A stretch of DNA of 64,000 bases from Felis catus. Its lineage: Eukaryota. The DNA lies in contig NC_058368.1 in NCBI RefSeq assembly GCF_018350175.1, forward strand, positions 135,410,001 to 135,474,000, given 5' to 3'. Below the pieces are notes generated by a model. The model worked only from the letters and a program-made list of their open reading frames with translations. It made no database searches and was not told the origin of the DNA. A program made the translations under genes and the position numbers. This document shows, piece after piece, positions 1-11,514 of this stretch. The number at the start of each line of letters is the position of its first letter. The stretch's first letter is position 1.

Positions 1-129
1 ATGGTACACATTCTCCTTCGGTGCAGATATCAAGCTTCTTTTTCTGTAAGGTTGCATATTGCTGAAGAAAAATAGCCATAATCTGGAATTCTTGTCTGTT
101 CCCATTAAAAGGAAAATTTGTTACCTGAA

Positions 130-330
130 TGTATCATCAGGACCCCAACAGGATTTCCAAGAGGAAAGGGAAGACCCTCCTGAACTAGGATAATTCAGAG
201 AGTTGATTTATGACAGTGTGGACAAAGCAGGACCACAAGGAATAGTAATGGAACCAAGCTGTCATCACCATCAGCTACAGGAAGGAGGGAGGGAGAGCAT
301 CTTGTAGAGCTGTGCCTTGAGAGGAGGAGG
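130..330. mobile_element. Degraded ERVL-class LTR fragment (LTR41-like)
   Basis: Begins TGTATCA..AGGACCCCAACAGGA and contains 'aggataattcagagag' and 'accacaagggaatagt', resembling a recalled ERVL LTR terminus. Confidence 0.35.
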
Positions 331-1254
331 AGCTCCTCCTAACGTAGTTCAAATCTACCCTCTCTGATGAACCAGTCCCCACAATCTGGCCCAGAGGATG
401 CCACCCTAAAGCCCTAGAACAAACCGCACCACACATCTGGCACTGTACATACTAACTCACCTTCTTACGCACACTTTTACAGCACAAATAGGTCCTGTCT
501 TTTAATCTCGACCATAAAATCTGTGAAAGCAGAGACATATCTTACCCCTATATTGCAAGTTTTGCAACACCAGTGATTCTGAAATTTGTTTTTCCCCTAC
601 AACGCATAAAATCAGTGACATTCGCACACGAGACATTCCCCAGAGGCATTCACTGGATTATACATAATTCCCACCATGCTCCACCATTTCTCCCCAACTT
701 GAGGAAGCACAGCAGAATATAGACGAACAAGGTCAGGTTATTTTACAGAGAATCTGGAGTCCGCTCTGACTCCTTAATGTAAATTATATGCAAACTCTGA
801 CGATCTGTTGCTATTAACTGCTGCCTGGCAACACATCTCACGGTGGCTCTTGTACACTGCGTGTTATAGTGACATCAGTGCGTAATATGCTTCGTGGCGA
901 GAAGGAGAAAAGACTTACAAAGTGGAGAGAAAGTGCGGAAGAATGGGTTGTCACCAGCATTTCAGACACAGGTGTAGGACCACAGAAGAAACCCCAACCC
1001 CCCCAATACGCTACTGTTGGATCTTGAGAGAGATCACACAGGTACAAAACCAGCAAAATGTAGCTACAACTTGCCTTCTACACTACCAAGTCCAACCAGG
1101 AATTTTACAGATGAAGAAATCAGGATATGGAAGCGTCCCGTGATCCTATAAGATACTAATCAAGGCGGCACTGGAACCCCAAAGTAAATCAAAGATATCC
1201 AAGGAAAACCAACAAAACTATTTTCTTGCCCGGGAATTGATAAAGTTTTTTGTA

Positions 1255-2200
1255 CTTACTCAATGCAGGTATTTACTGGGCGTCTGCCCGGTGGCCGGTA
1301 ATGGGGGTTCACAGTATACAAAGCAAACAAACACACAAAAAACTCGACTCTCCGATGAGGATACCATTTTATCCAGACCAGGGAAGACTTTCTTTTAAGA
1401 TAATGTTTGAGCAGAGATGTAAAGGGAAGAAGGAATCACGTGGGTCTCTACAGCAAGAGTGTCCCAGGCAGATGCGGGAAACAGAGCGTGTCCTTGGCAT
1501 ATTCCAACTAAGAAGGCCATTGTGACGGCCCTGAAGGGGGAACAAGGGGCAAGAGGCTGAGAGATCTGGGGATTGGGAGGCCCTTCGTGTCGTGGTTTGC
1601 ATCCTACAGCAAATAAGATGGAAAATTCCTGAAGAGCTTTCAACTGAAAAGGACCATAGCCTATGTTTTTTAAACTAACAGTCCAGCTAGTACGTGGAGA
1701 AGAAGAGACCTGGCAGAGCAGAGGGAGAAGCAAGGAGAGAGCTAGTATAACATCACAGGGAAGAGATGGCGGCAGTCTGGACTAGAGTGATACAGATGTG
1801 AGGCAATGAAAATTGGTCAGATGCCAAACATATTGTCACAGTACTGCTGACAGGATGTGAGGCTTGATTGGACGTGAAATGTGAGAGAAAGAAAGGACTG
1901 ACAGAGGAGGCCCCAGGTTTGGGGGCCAAGTAAGTGAAAGATTGAAGTAGACATCTACCAAGAAGGAAGAAAAAGAGAAGAGCAGCTTTGGAGAGGAAGG
2001 TCGAGAGTTTTTTTGAACATGCCAGCGAGATATGCCTTTTATGAATAGAAGCGGGATGTCCTGTAGGCAGCTGGACACAGAGGTGTGGAGTTCAGAAGAG
2101 AGACTGGGGGTCGTCTGCAGAGAGGTGACGTTTGGAGGCATAGGACAAGATGTGAGGGCAGACAGAGAAGAGTGCCCAGGACTGAGTCCAAGTTCAAATA
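1255..2200 (-). mobile_element. L2 LINE remnant
   Basis: Typical antisense L2 motifs: 'tttactgggcgtctgc', 'tgtttgagcagagatgtaaaggg', 'gtcctgtaggcagctgga..ggtgtggagttcagaagagagactggg'. Confidence 0.7.
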
Positions 2201-2847
2201 TTGGGTCGCCCTTTCCAAACATCACATTTGCACTTTAACTTAGACTTGCCGCAGATAGTGTCTCTTATTCTCCTTCAACATCAAGTGAAGGACAATTCAC
2301 TAGTGGAATGTCAATGAGCCTCTCCTTCCTGCTCAGGGAAGCAGCACTTCCTTCCAGCCTGTTCGCCAACCTCAGCAAGTAGCCGAAGGCCTTTCAGAGA
2401 AGCCACTCCAGCAAGAAGAATACTGAAGGGGTCAAAGAAACCACCCCGGAGAACAAGGAGCACTGCCACTGTGCCAGGGTTGAGTGGGAGAGAGGGGGTC
2501 CCTTGCGGGCCTTTCCGAGACTTTGCTCACTGGGCCATCCCAGCATGGAGTGCCCAATGAGGGGAGCAGAGGCAAGCCAAGTCAACACTTGAGCAAACTT
2601 CCTCATGAGGGGCATATCCTGAAGAAGGAGAGTCTGATCGGCCCTGAGTAGTGATAATTATGTCCTTCATGCTATAAAGGACAATGACTGGCTCAACGTG
2701 GAATGCAGGGCTGAGAGCTACAGATATTCCGGGTTGAATAATTTTTTGTTGCCAAGGACAGAAAGACAGCAGCAGGTCCTAACACTCAGTGGAAGGCTTT
2801 CCGGAAAAGCCCTTACAGATTATTTAATTTCACAGAGACTTTCTCTT

Positions 2848-3067
2848 TTTTAAAATTTTTTAATGCTTATTTTATTTTTGAGAGAGAGAGAGAGAGAGAG
2901 AGAGAGCAGGGGAGGGGCAGAGAGAGAGGGAGACACAGAATCTGAAGCAGGTTCCAGGTTCTGAGCTGTCCGCACAGAGCCCAACGCGGGGCTCGAACCC
3001 ATGAACTGTGAGATCATGACCTGAGCCAAAGTCTGACACTTAACTGACTGAGCCACCCAGGTGCCCC
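2848..3067 (-). mobile_element. Can-SINE (SINEC_Fc-type), full length
   Basis: Reverse complement of GGGGCACCTGGGTGGCTCAGTC head, (CT)n, A-tail; TSD GAGACTTTCTCTT at 2835-2847 and 3069-3081. Confidence 0.97.
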
Positions 3068-3789
3068 TGAGACTTTCTCTTCACTATGAATCAGAAATGG
3101 TTAAATGGACCTCCTTCGTGGAGAAAAAAAAATTTTCAGAAATAACTTAGGAAGAATTATTTTCTGAGTAAAAATAACACTACCACATTAAGTTTTAGAC
3201 AGTTAAAAATAGGTAAACTCCCATTGTGATGAACTCAAGGAACTTGCCAATTATTTTAATTAACTAAATTGGTGCTAAAATTAACACATTGCTAGAAACC
3301 AGGTTCCAGGTTGAAGGATCGGGAGAAGAAAGAATGCCAACATCCAGCTTGTGCTTAACAAATCCACAGCAAAGGGAATTAAACCCAGCAGGGGAAAAAA
3401 AATGTCATGAACACAGAAACACATATATACCCCCTTTTCTCTCACTAGATTGCCGGGCTTTTGTCATATGTGGTTTTTGTAATTAATTATTTGGAACATG
3501 TAATGGGGCCCAATTAGACGACTAGTTCTGGGTAAAGAATATGAATTACTGAAGAAAAACCGCTTCTATTGGAAGAATAAGCCTGCTAGGAGGAACTCGG
3601 CTATCTTTCCTTATTCACAAAGCAGGAAGCACACATTCAATTTCTCTTATTATTGGAGTGACTATAATCTAGACAGTCGTTCTATCAAATTATTATCGCA
3701 CATAAATGACTGAAGCCAGACCAGCTAAGTCCAGTACGTAGAGCATAACACCACAACCGTAAGTAAAAAATGTGAAATTAGATATACGG

Positions 3790-3945
3790 GTCCATATCCT
3801 ACAAATTTCCAGCTGTGTGACCTTAGGCAAGTTGCTTTGGCTCTCTGTGTCTTAGCCTCCTCTTCTATAAGATGAAAACATAACACCTATCTCATAGGGC
3901 TATGAGAATTGAATGTGAGGATAAACGTACAATACTTAGCGCATC
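3790..3945 (+). mobile_element. MIR SINE
   Basis: Core 'agctgtgtgaccttaggcaagtt..ctctctgtgtcttagcctcctcttctataagatg..acctatctcatagggc'. Confidence 0.85.
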
Positions 3946-4716
3946 CTGAAAGCAGCTTTTAACCATTCACATAATGAATCACCCAAAACATGGATTTAAT
4001 TTTATTGTCTAGAAAGCTTTCTTATAACGGTCTTTATTGTAATGATATTTAAATGAGAAAGACAAGCAAAACACATCTAAAATGCTAGTGTAGCTATCTA
4101 GGGGGTCCTCTGATATGTTCAGATCTCTAACAGACATTTAAGAAGCAAGAAGGATAATTGCCCTATCCTTAAGGGCAAGAAGGATACAAAACCAGAGCAA
4201 ACTGTTTTTAGTAGCATTAACCAACTTCTTGGCACGATAACATGTGAAATGAACGGAGGTTTGCAAAGAACAAGTGACAAAGACAACAAAAATAATTTTT
4301 AAGGTTATCTTGTTGAGGAAAAAGCAAATGATATTGATGAAATGCTCCAAGACATCTTTGATATTCTAATGAAAACTTGCAACTTGACATTTCAAAGATG
4401 GAATGATACTTAAGAACAAAAAACAAAAAAATGGAAAAATCAGTCCAATGGCAGAGTTTGGACAAATTTGTCCTCAATGTCCTGGGGGAGAGTGAGGCCC
4501 TTCTGTCCTAAAAATACTGACAACACGGGTTCCCTTACCCATATTCCAGCAAAGAAAAACTGCTGGCTGCTGGGAAATCCATGCATGTTAGGCCAAAGGA
4601 TTAATGTATTATGATGCATGTAACCAAGATGTGAGAATTTTGAGGTCAGTGTTTAAGAAAATTATATTGGAGAATCAATCCATTCATTATTTTGAGATGA
4701 AGTATGCATTGATTAT

Positions 4717-4829
4717 GGCTGCTAGATTTAGAAAATAAAAATAAAGAGCATTCAATTAAATTTAAATTTCAGCTAAACAGGGAATCATTTTTAGCATAAG
4801 TATGTCCCATGCAACAGCTGGCAACCCTA
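4717..4829. mobile_element. MER53-type hAT MITE, internally deleted
   Basis: 'gctagatttagaaaataaaaata..ttaaatttaaatttcag..taagtatgtcccatgcaa' joined directly to the terminal 'ctggcaacccta'. Confidence 0.75.
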
Positions 4830-5003
4830 ATGTTGGGCTACCAGTAACTTGTCACTGTAGCAGAACCTCATGCTAGAAAGGGAGTGACTCCCTTCAATTT
4901 TGGCAAAGAGCCCAAGTTTTGTGTGGCATTTTTCTTCTTATTTCTGAGGAAGGCATTCATCATGGATCACCGTCACTGATCTAGTCTATTCCAGTGGTTC
5001 TCC

Positions 5004-5048
<45 letters not shown>
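5004..5048. repeat. (CA)n microsatellite, about 22 units
   Basis: Directly visible. Confidence 0.98.
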
Positions 5049-5051
<3 letters not shown>

Positions 5052-5317
5052 TTTAGAAAGCAACTTCTGATATGGAATTCTGACACATAACACAGATCTC
5101 TTTTTCTGAAAGGAGGAGAACGTCCTTTGGTTGAACACTTAGGGATAAGATAGAGGAAGATGGAGGGTCTACATCTCTGCCCACTTGGCTTATCCACCAT
5201 CTTTGCCCTTACAGTGGCCCCAAAGAATCTCCTCGGCACAATCAGACTCTAGGGAACAAATATAGAGCATCAAGTAATTGGTCAGTCCACCAAGTCTTAT
5301 TGAAAACTGAATGTCCA

Positions 5318-5507
5318 GGGGCACCTGGGTGGCTCAGTTGGTTAAGCATCTAACTCTTGGTTTCACCTCAGGTCATAATATCACAGTTCGTGGGTTTGAG
5401 CCCCATATTGGGTTCTGCTTGGAATTCTCTCTCTCTCTCTGCCCCTCCCTTGTGCTCTCTGTCAAAATAAATAAAACATTAAAAAATATATATCTTTAAA
5501 AATAAAT
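5318..5507 (+). mobile_element. Can-SINE
   Basis: GGGGCACCTGGGTGGCTCAG head, (CT)n, A-rich tail; TSD AAAACTGAATG(T/C)CCA at 5303-5317 and 5508-5522. Confidence 0.95.
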
Positions 5508-5523
5508 AAAACTGAATGCCCAA

Positions 5524-6360
5524 CAGAAGACATGAATAGACAGTTTTCTAAAGAAGACATCCAGATGGCCAACATGAAAAGAGTCTCAACGTCGCTCCTC
5601 ATCAGGGAAATACAAATCAAAGCCACACTGAGATACCACCTCACACCTGTCAGAGTGACTAAAATGAACAAATCAGGAGACTATAGATGCTGGTGAGGAT
5701 GTGGAGAAAGAGGAACCCTCTGGCACTGTTGGTGGGAATGCAAACTGGTGCAGCCACTCTGGAAAACAGTGCAGAGGTTCCTCAAAAAATTAAAAATAGA
5801 TCCACCCTATGACCCAGCAATAGCACTACTAGGAATTTACCCAAGGGATACAGGATTGCTGATGCACAGGGGCATTATACCCCAGTGTTTATAGCAGCAC
5901 GTTCAACAATAGCCAAATTATGGAAAGAGCCTAAATGTCCATCAAGTGACAAATGGATAAAGAAGATGTGGCATGTATATAAAATGGAATACTACTTGGC
6001 AATGAGAAAGAATGAAATCTAGCCATTTGCAGCAACGTGGATGGAACTGGAGGGTATTATGCTGAGTGAAATAAATCAGGCAGAGAAAGACAGATACCGT
6101 ATGTTTCACTCATATGTGGATCCTGAGAAACTTAACAAAGACCATGGGGGAGGGGGAGGGGGGAAAAAAGTTACAGAGAGGGAGGAAGGCAAACCATAAG
6201 AGACTCTTGGATACTAAGAACAAACTGAAGGTTGATGGGTGGTGGGAGAGAAGGGAAAGTGGGTGATGGGCATTGAGGACAGCACCTGTTGGGATGAGCA
6301 CTCGGTGTTGTATGGAAACCAATTTGACAATAAATTATATTTAATATAAAAAAAAAAAAA
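5524..6360 (+). mobile_element. 5'-truncated felid/carnivore L1 (ORF2 C-terminus, 3'UTR, polyA)
   Basis: L1 ORF2 end motifs ([19 protein letters not shown]; 'ccatttgcagcaacgtggatggaactggag'), carnivore 3'UTR, polyA; TSD AAAAC(T)GAATGCCCAA. Confidence 0.95.
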
Positions 6361-7109
6361 ACGAATGCCCAAATCAACTTAATGTAGGCCTTATCTGTAT
6401 ATCTCCCTTTCCATGCCAGGGTTACTCCTCACTGCAGACAATATCATCAAACCCCCACAAGAGAAACAGTGGAGTCCTATGTGACTCATTTTAATCCTCC
6501 TTTTGCCATAACCAATCTGTTGCCACTGCCTGCTGCTTTTATTTTACAACTGTGCCTTTGACATGAAATAAGCAGCTAAAAAGAGACAAACTCACTTCTA
6601 CCATTTATCTAATCCACCTAATAGCAATAATCCAGGACGTGAAATAAACTTCCAAATGCTAAAATCTCCAGTTACCACCTAGATATTTGCTATCACATAG
6701 ACATAGCTAACACGCTTCCCACTTCAGCCTTTTCTCTTGGGGGTGGTTTAGAAAAATGTTCTCACCATAGGGGACAAGAAATACTGCGTCACGCTGAAGT
6801 CTTTTCCATCAGTCACTCCTGTGACCATTTGCAAGGGTGGCATGCCATCCCCTGCAGACCTACCTCCATCTGGTATGTGAGGAATGTCTTTGGACATACT
6901 TTTCATGTCTACGCAAATCCTCATTATTCTTACCCACCACAGGGCACCTTTAATGGACTTCCCCTGACCCCTGTCTGGGAGTAATCACTCATTATGATTT
7001 TATCTCAACCCATTCTCTACAAAAGACCATATGTTTTGGAAGAAGCACCACAGAGGCATTCCCAGAGCACATGGAGGGCATCCATGACCAGCTTAAAAAG
7101 CCAACTTCA

Positions 7110-7221
7110 GGGGTACCAGGGCGGCTTAGTCAGTAGAGCATGCAACTCTTGGTCTCAGGGTTGTAAGTTCAAGCCCCCTGTCGGATATAGAAGTTGTTAA
7201 AAAATAAAACCTTAAAAAAAA
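7110..7221 (+). mobile_element. Short tRNA-like Can-SINE (SINEC_old-type)
   Basis: tRNA-derived head with B-box-like GTTCAAGCC, no (CT)n, A-tail; TSD AAAAAGCCAAC(T/A)TCA at 7095-7109 and 7222-7236. Confidence 0.85.
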
Positions 7222-7313
7222 AAAAAGCCAACATCAAACCATCTGTAGAAGGTTATCTTTCACCTATAGATATGTGCCTGTTCATTTTGCTCATTAAAAT
7301 TTCTCACATACAA

Positions 7314-7519
7314 GGGGCACCTAGGTGGCTCAGTCAGTTGAGCATCTGACTTCAGCTCAGGTCATGATCTCGCGGTTCATGAGTTGAGCCGCACATCAGG
7401 CTCACTGTTGTCAGCCTGCCAGCGCAAAGCCCACTTCAGATCCTCTGTCCCCCTCTCTCTGCCCCTTCCCCACTTGCATGATTCCCCCAAAACATATTTT
7501 TAAAACACACAACAAAAAG
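7314..7519 (+). mobile_element. Can-SINE
   Basis: Head GGGGCACCTAGGTGGCTCAG; TSD TTCTCACATACAA at 7301-7313 and 7520-7532. Confidence 0.95.
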
Positions 7520-7559
7520 TTCTCACATACAAAATAAGCTCCTAAATGTAATGTGATAA

Positions 7560-8525
7560 ATCGACAAAACGTTGCTGAGACCAATTTCAAAAGACCTAAT
7601 TAAAACCGTATTCATGAGATGGAAGACTCAATAATGTTAAGATGCTAATTCTCTTCTAATTGATCTAGAGAGTCAATGCAACTCCAATCAAAAAAAACAA
7701 GAAATTAGCCAACTGAGCTCAAACTTTATATGAAAATACAAAGGAGAAGAGCCAAAACAACTGTGACCAAAAACAAAAACAAAAACAAAAAAACAAAGTT
7801 GGAGGACCAACTGCACCTCATTTCAAAACTATTGTAAAGTCATAGTAATCAAGATACTGTGATATTGGTATAAAGGTAGACAAGCAGATCAATGAAACAG
7901 AATAAAGATTCCAGGAATGGATTTATACATACAAGGATTTTTGAAAAACATGAAAAGCCAATTCAGAGGAAAAAGAATAGTCTTTACAACAAATGGTGCT
8001 GAAACCATTATATTGCCATATGCAAAGCATAAGGAGGAGAAGGAGAATGGGGTAAAACTTTAATCCATGCTTCACACTTATACAATAATTAACTCAGAAT
8101 GGTTCATAGACCTAAAACTATATGAAACTAAGCTCAAAACTATAAAACTCTTAGAAGAAACTGGGATAAAAATCTTTGAGGTCTTAGGTTAGATAAATAT
8201 TTCTTAGGTACAACATCAAAAGCCTAATCACAAAAGAAAAAAATCAATAAATGGAACTTCCTCAAAATTAAAGACATCTGCTCTTTGAAATGCATTCTAA
8301 GGGTAACTAAAAGACAGGCTACAGACAGAAAGAAAATATTTATAAACCAAATATCTGATAAAGAACTTAAATCCAGAATATGTAAAGAACTCTTAAAATC
8401 AATAAGAATAAAAGTAACTCAGTACAAAATGGTCAAAAGATTTGAGCAGACACTTCATCGAAGAGGAGATATGAATGCCAAATAAGTACCTGAAAAGATG
8501 TTCAACATCATTAATCATTAAGGAG
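7560..8525 (+). mobile_element. Old L1 (L1M) ORF2 remnant
   Basis: Decayed ORF2 3' region: 'ggaagactcaataatgttaagatg', 'acaaagttggagga', 'acaacaaatggtgctgaaac', 'aaaagatgttcaacatcatta'. Confidence 0.9.
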
Positions 8526-8771
8526 TCTGTAAAGTCCTAGAGAACCAGGGATCCACCTGCTTAATCACTTTTTCCAGCCTTCTTACCGTGGTCGGCTATG
8601 GCACTACTCTGCGGAATATGCAAGTATCCTTCACCACTCTACCCCCACCCCCACCCCTCCACACTCTTCCTGCTTCATGTCCCAGTGTTATCAAACTACG
8701 TAAAGTGCCTGACGCCAGGTCCCTAGCACACCATCCTCCTTCATTGCCCCGACCGCTACCCTCGCCTAAAA

Positions 8772-8980
8772 CAGAGGTTGGCAAGCTTTTTCTGTTAAGG
8801 GCCAAATAGTAAATACTTTGGGCTTTGGGGGGCCACATGGTCTCCGTCGCAACTACTCTATTTCTGCCATTATAGCACAAACGCGAAGACCACATATAAA
8901 TGAATGAGTGTGGCTGTGTTCCAATAAATCTTTATTGCAAAAAAACTGGCAACAGACCAGATTTGGTCTGCAGGCCAAAG
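8772..8980 (+). mobile_element. MER58A-type hAT-Charlie MITE
   Basis: 'cagaggttggcaagctttttctgttaagggccaaatagtaaatactttgggcttt..gtggctgtgttccaataaa..gatttggtctgcaggcc' matches the recalled consensus. Confidence 0.85.
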
Positions 8981-10129
8981 CTGGATCTAAAGAATCCTCC
9001 CTTCCAACCTCCATCTTGCTAGCTCCTGGCTCTCCTACAAGACTGAGCCCAGGTGATTTTCCTGAGAGTGCATTCTCCTGTTCCAGGTTTGGACCCCCAT
9101 AGCATATATACCGAACGTATTTTATAGGGACAGGAAAATCTTCTTCTCTGAGCCTGATGCTTCCTTCCATGTAAAGGAGTTCTGCTACCCTAACAGGGCT
9201 GGCTTCTCCCTACTCCCACTTCCTCCTTCATGGGAGATGGAGCAGCTTAGAGTAGGAGCAGGGAGTTAAACGCCCACAAAGAACACGTAATTCCTCCTGC
9301 TTTCCTCAATGCCTTAAGGGGCACACTGTCAACTACTTGAAAGCCCTGTCCATCCCAGGGCTGCCTCTGCCCGGGTGCACAAACCTGTCTCATTCCAGAG
9401 TTCTCCATTATCAGTTTAATCAGTAACAACAGTAATATTTTCATCTCTATCCTACTTCTGGATTATCTCTTAATTGCTTCAGAACCCTAGAGGAAGATGA
9501 GGAAGCTATTCATTAGGCCCCCACTAAACCCTGACATACACCGCTAGCCATAGCACTCGGCATGTTGCGTAGAAATGTTCTTTGTATAACTTCCTTTCGC
9601 TTTGGTCAGTGATTCTCAGAGTAGACCTCGGTCCTTTAGAGAGCCCTTCCAATTGTCCTCCACATACTCAGAAATGCAAGTCTTTCTTTCAGACTGAGAG
9701 CCAATGACACACTTTCCATTAGCTTTTACTTTTGCCTACAACCGAATGTTTCTCGCTAATAACCTCCGAAGTGAATTAGCAGTACTTTCTAAGTCCAGTG
9801 TATGAGAGAGTTTACTGAATTCAGTGTTCTGTTAAGTCTGGCAGCCACTCTTTTGGAAATACTGCAAAACTTTCATTGGGCATGAACATATAAGACAGAA
9901 TTTCAATAGTTTTCAGGAAAGACAATTTGTGAATATTGTATCAGTGATGCTATCTTCAATCGGCCATGGTTTTCAACCCCAGCTATCCAATTTTTGCTTT
10001 TACTTTATAAATGATTGTCATTGTAGTATCTTTCTCAGTGTAGTTTATTACTCGTCATTTGGGTAACCTTCCAGTGTATAGTAATGCATATTTTTTCACC
10101 GGGAGGAAAAGGATAGGGTAAAGCAGGCA

Positions 10130-10615
10130 CTGAGAATACAGGCTCTAAAGTCAGATTGCCTAGTTTGTTTCTTCATATCACCACATACCAACTGTGTGAC
10201 TTTGGGTAAGTTATTCAACCTCTTGTGCCTCAGTGTCTTCACCATTAAAATGTGGAATAGTGTCAGGGCACCTGGGTGGCTCAGTCGGTTAAGGGTCCAA
10301 CTTCCACGCAGGTCATGATCTCACAGCTCCTGAGTTCGAGCCCCGCGTCATGCTCTGTGCTGACAGCTCGGAACTTGAAGCCTGCTTCAGATTCTGTGTC
10401 TCCCTCTCTCTGCCCCTCCCCTGCTCACGCTCTGTCTCTCCGTCTCTCTCTCTCTCAAAAATAAACATTAAAAAAATTTTTAATAAAAAAATAATTTTAA
10501 AAATAAATAAATAATAAAATAAAATGTGGAATAGTACCTATATCACAGTGAACTGGGAAGATTAAATGAGATAATCCATGTAAAGTACTGAGACCACAAA
10601 ATTAGCTATTATTGT
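10130..10615 (+). mobile_element. MIR interrupted by a Can-SINE
   Basis: MIR core 'ctgtgtgactttgggtaagttattcaacctcttgtgcctcagt' resumes after the SINE with 'gaagattaaatgagataatccatgtaaag'. Confidence 0.8.
10265..10520 (+). mobile_element. Can-SINE (SINEC_Fc-type)
   Basis: Full head/body/tail; TSD AAAATGTGGAATAGT at 10247-10261 and 10521-10535. Confidence 0.97.
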
Positions 10616-10814
10616 TATTGTTACTATTACATTATTAGTATGCACATGAACAGGATCTTTGGCCTCTAATTTTCCAATAACCAGGCTTTAAGCTATGGGT
10701 AAATGCAATTCAAATACAAATCATCCATAAATTTGTTGCTAATGCAGATGTTCTTGGTAATTCTCCCCAAAACTTATTCACATTGTATGTTTCAATGGCG
10801 ATGTTTTATAGCTC

Positions 10815-10972
10815 ATATTTATTGGTTTGGTATCTATTGTCTATCTTCTCCACTGGAACGTAAACTTCCTAAGGGAAGATACCTCTCCTTATCTGTGAGT
10901 TCTCAAATATAGCCTCAATGCCTAGAACATGCCTGACACATGATGGGCTCTCAATAATTTTTTTAGTGAATA
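10815..10972 (+). mobile_element. L2 3' end
   Basis: 'ctccactggaacgtaaacttcctaaggg..tgcctagaacatgcctgacacatgatgggctctcaataa..gtgaat'. Confidence 0.7.
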
Positions 10973-11081
10973 TTCTATATATTGGTACTATATAACCTGA
11001 AGTAGAATGTTGAGTTTGGTGGGATAAAATTATTAGATTATCAACTTTTTGGTACTGTTTTATACCTTAAATCCACATTTT

Positions 11082-11320
11082 AGAGCACCTGGGTGGCTCA
11101 GCCAGTTAAGCATCCAACTTTGGCTCAGGTCATGATCTCACGGTTCGTGAGTTCAAGCCCTGCATCAGGCTCTGTTCAGACAGCTCAGAGCCTGGAGCCT
11201 GCTTTGGATCTGTGTCTCCTTTCTCTCTGAGCCCACTCCCCTCCCTATCCCCCCACTGTGCTCTCTCGCTGTCTCTCAAAAAAAACTGTTAAAAAAATAA
11301 TACAATAAAATCTTTAAAAA
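11082..11320 (+). mobile_element. Can-SINE
   Basis: Head 'agagcacctgggtggctcag', body, A-rich tail. Confidence 0.93.
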
Positions 11321-11514
11321 AACACATGTGTAAACTCATACTGTCATTGTATTAAGTAAATAATGGTGATCTCTATATATCCTAATTTAATTCTTTGTTA
11401 TCACTGAATTATTTTCCACTGAGAATACATAGGATAGGTGACTATGGGTCTTTGCAAGTCCTGAGTGAGCCACAGCCAAATAAAGTACTGTATTTTTTAA
11501 TTCAACAACTCAAA

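Noticed and set aside
1..72. Possible minus-strand splice acceptor (TTTTTCTTCAG) followed by open frames QYATLQKKKLDICTEGECVP / NMQPYRKRSLISAPKENVYH running off the window edge
   Set aside because: Only 61 bp are visible, there is no donor, and I do not recognise the peptides; this is compatible with chance.
325..340. 16-bp perfect palindrome AGGAGGAGCTCCTCCT
   Set aside because: Low complexity; 8-bp arms are expected about once by chance in this length.
7110..7221. tRNA-like sequence (also 39977-40091)
   Set aside because: It has an A-tail and TSDs and no intact cloverleaf; it is a short Can-SINE, not a tRNA gene.
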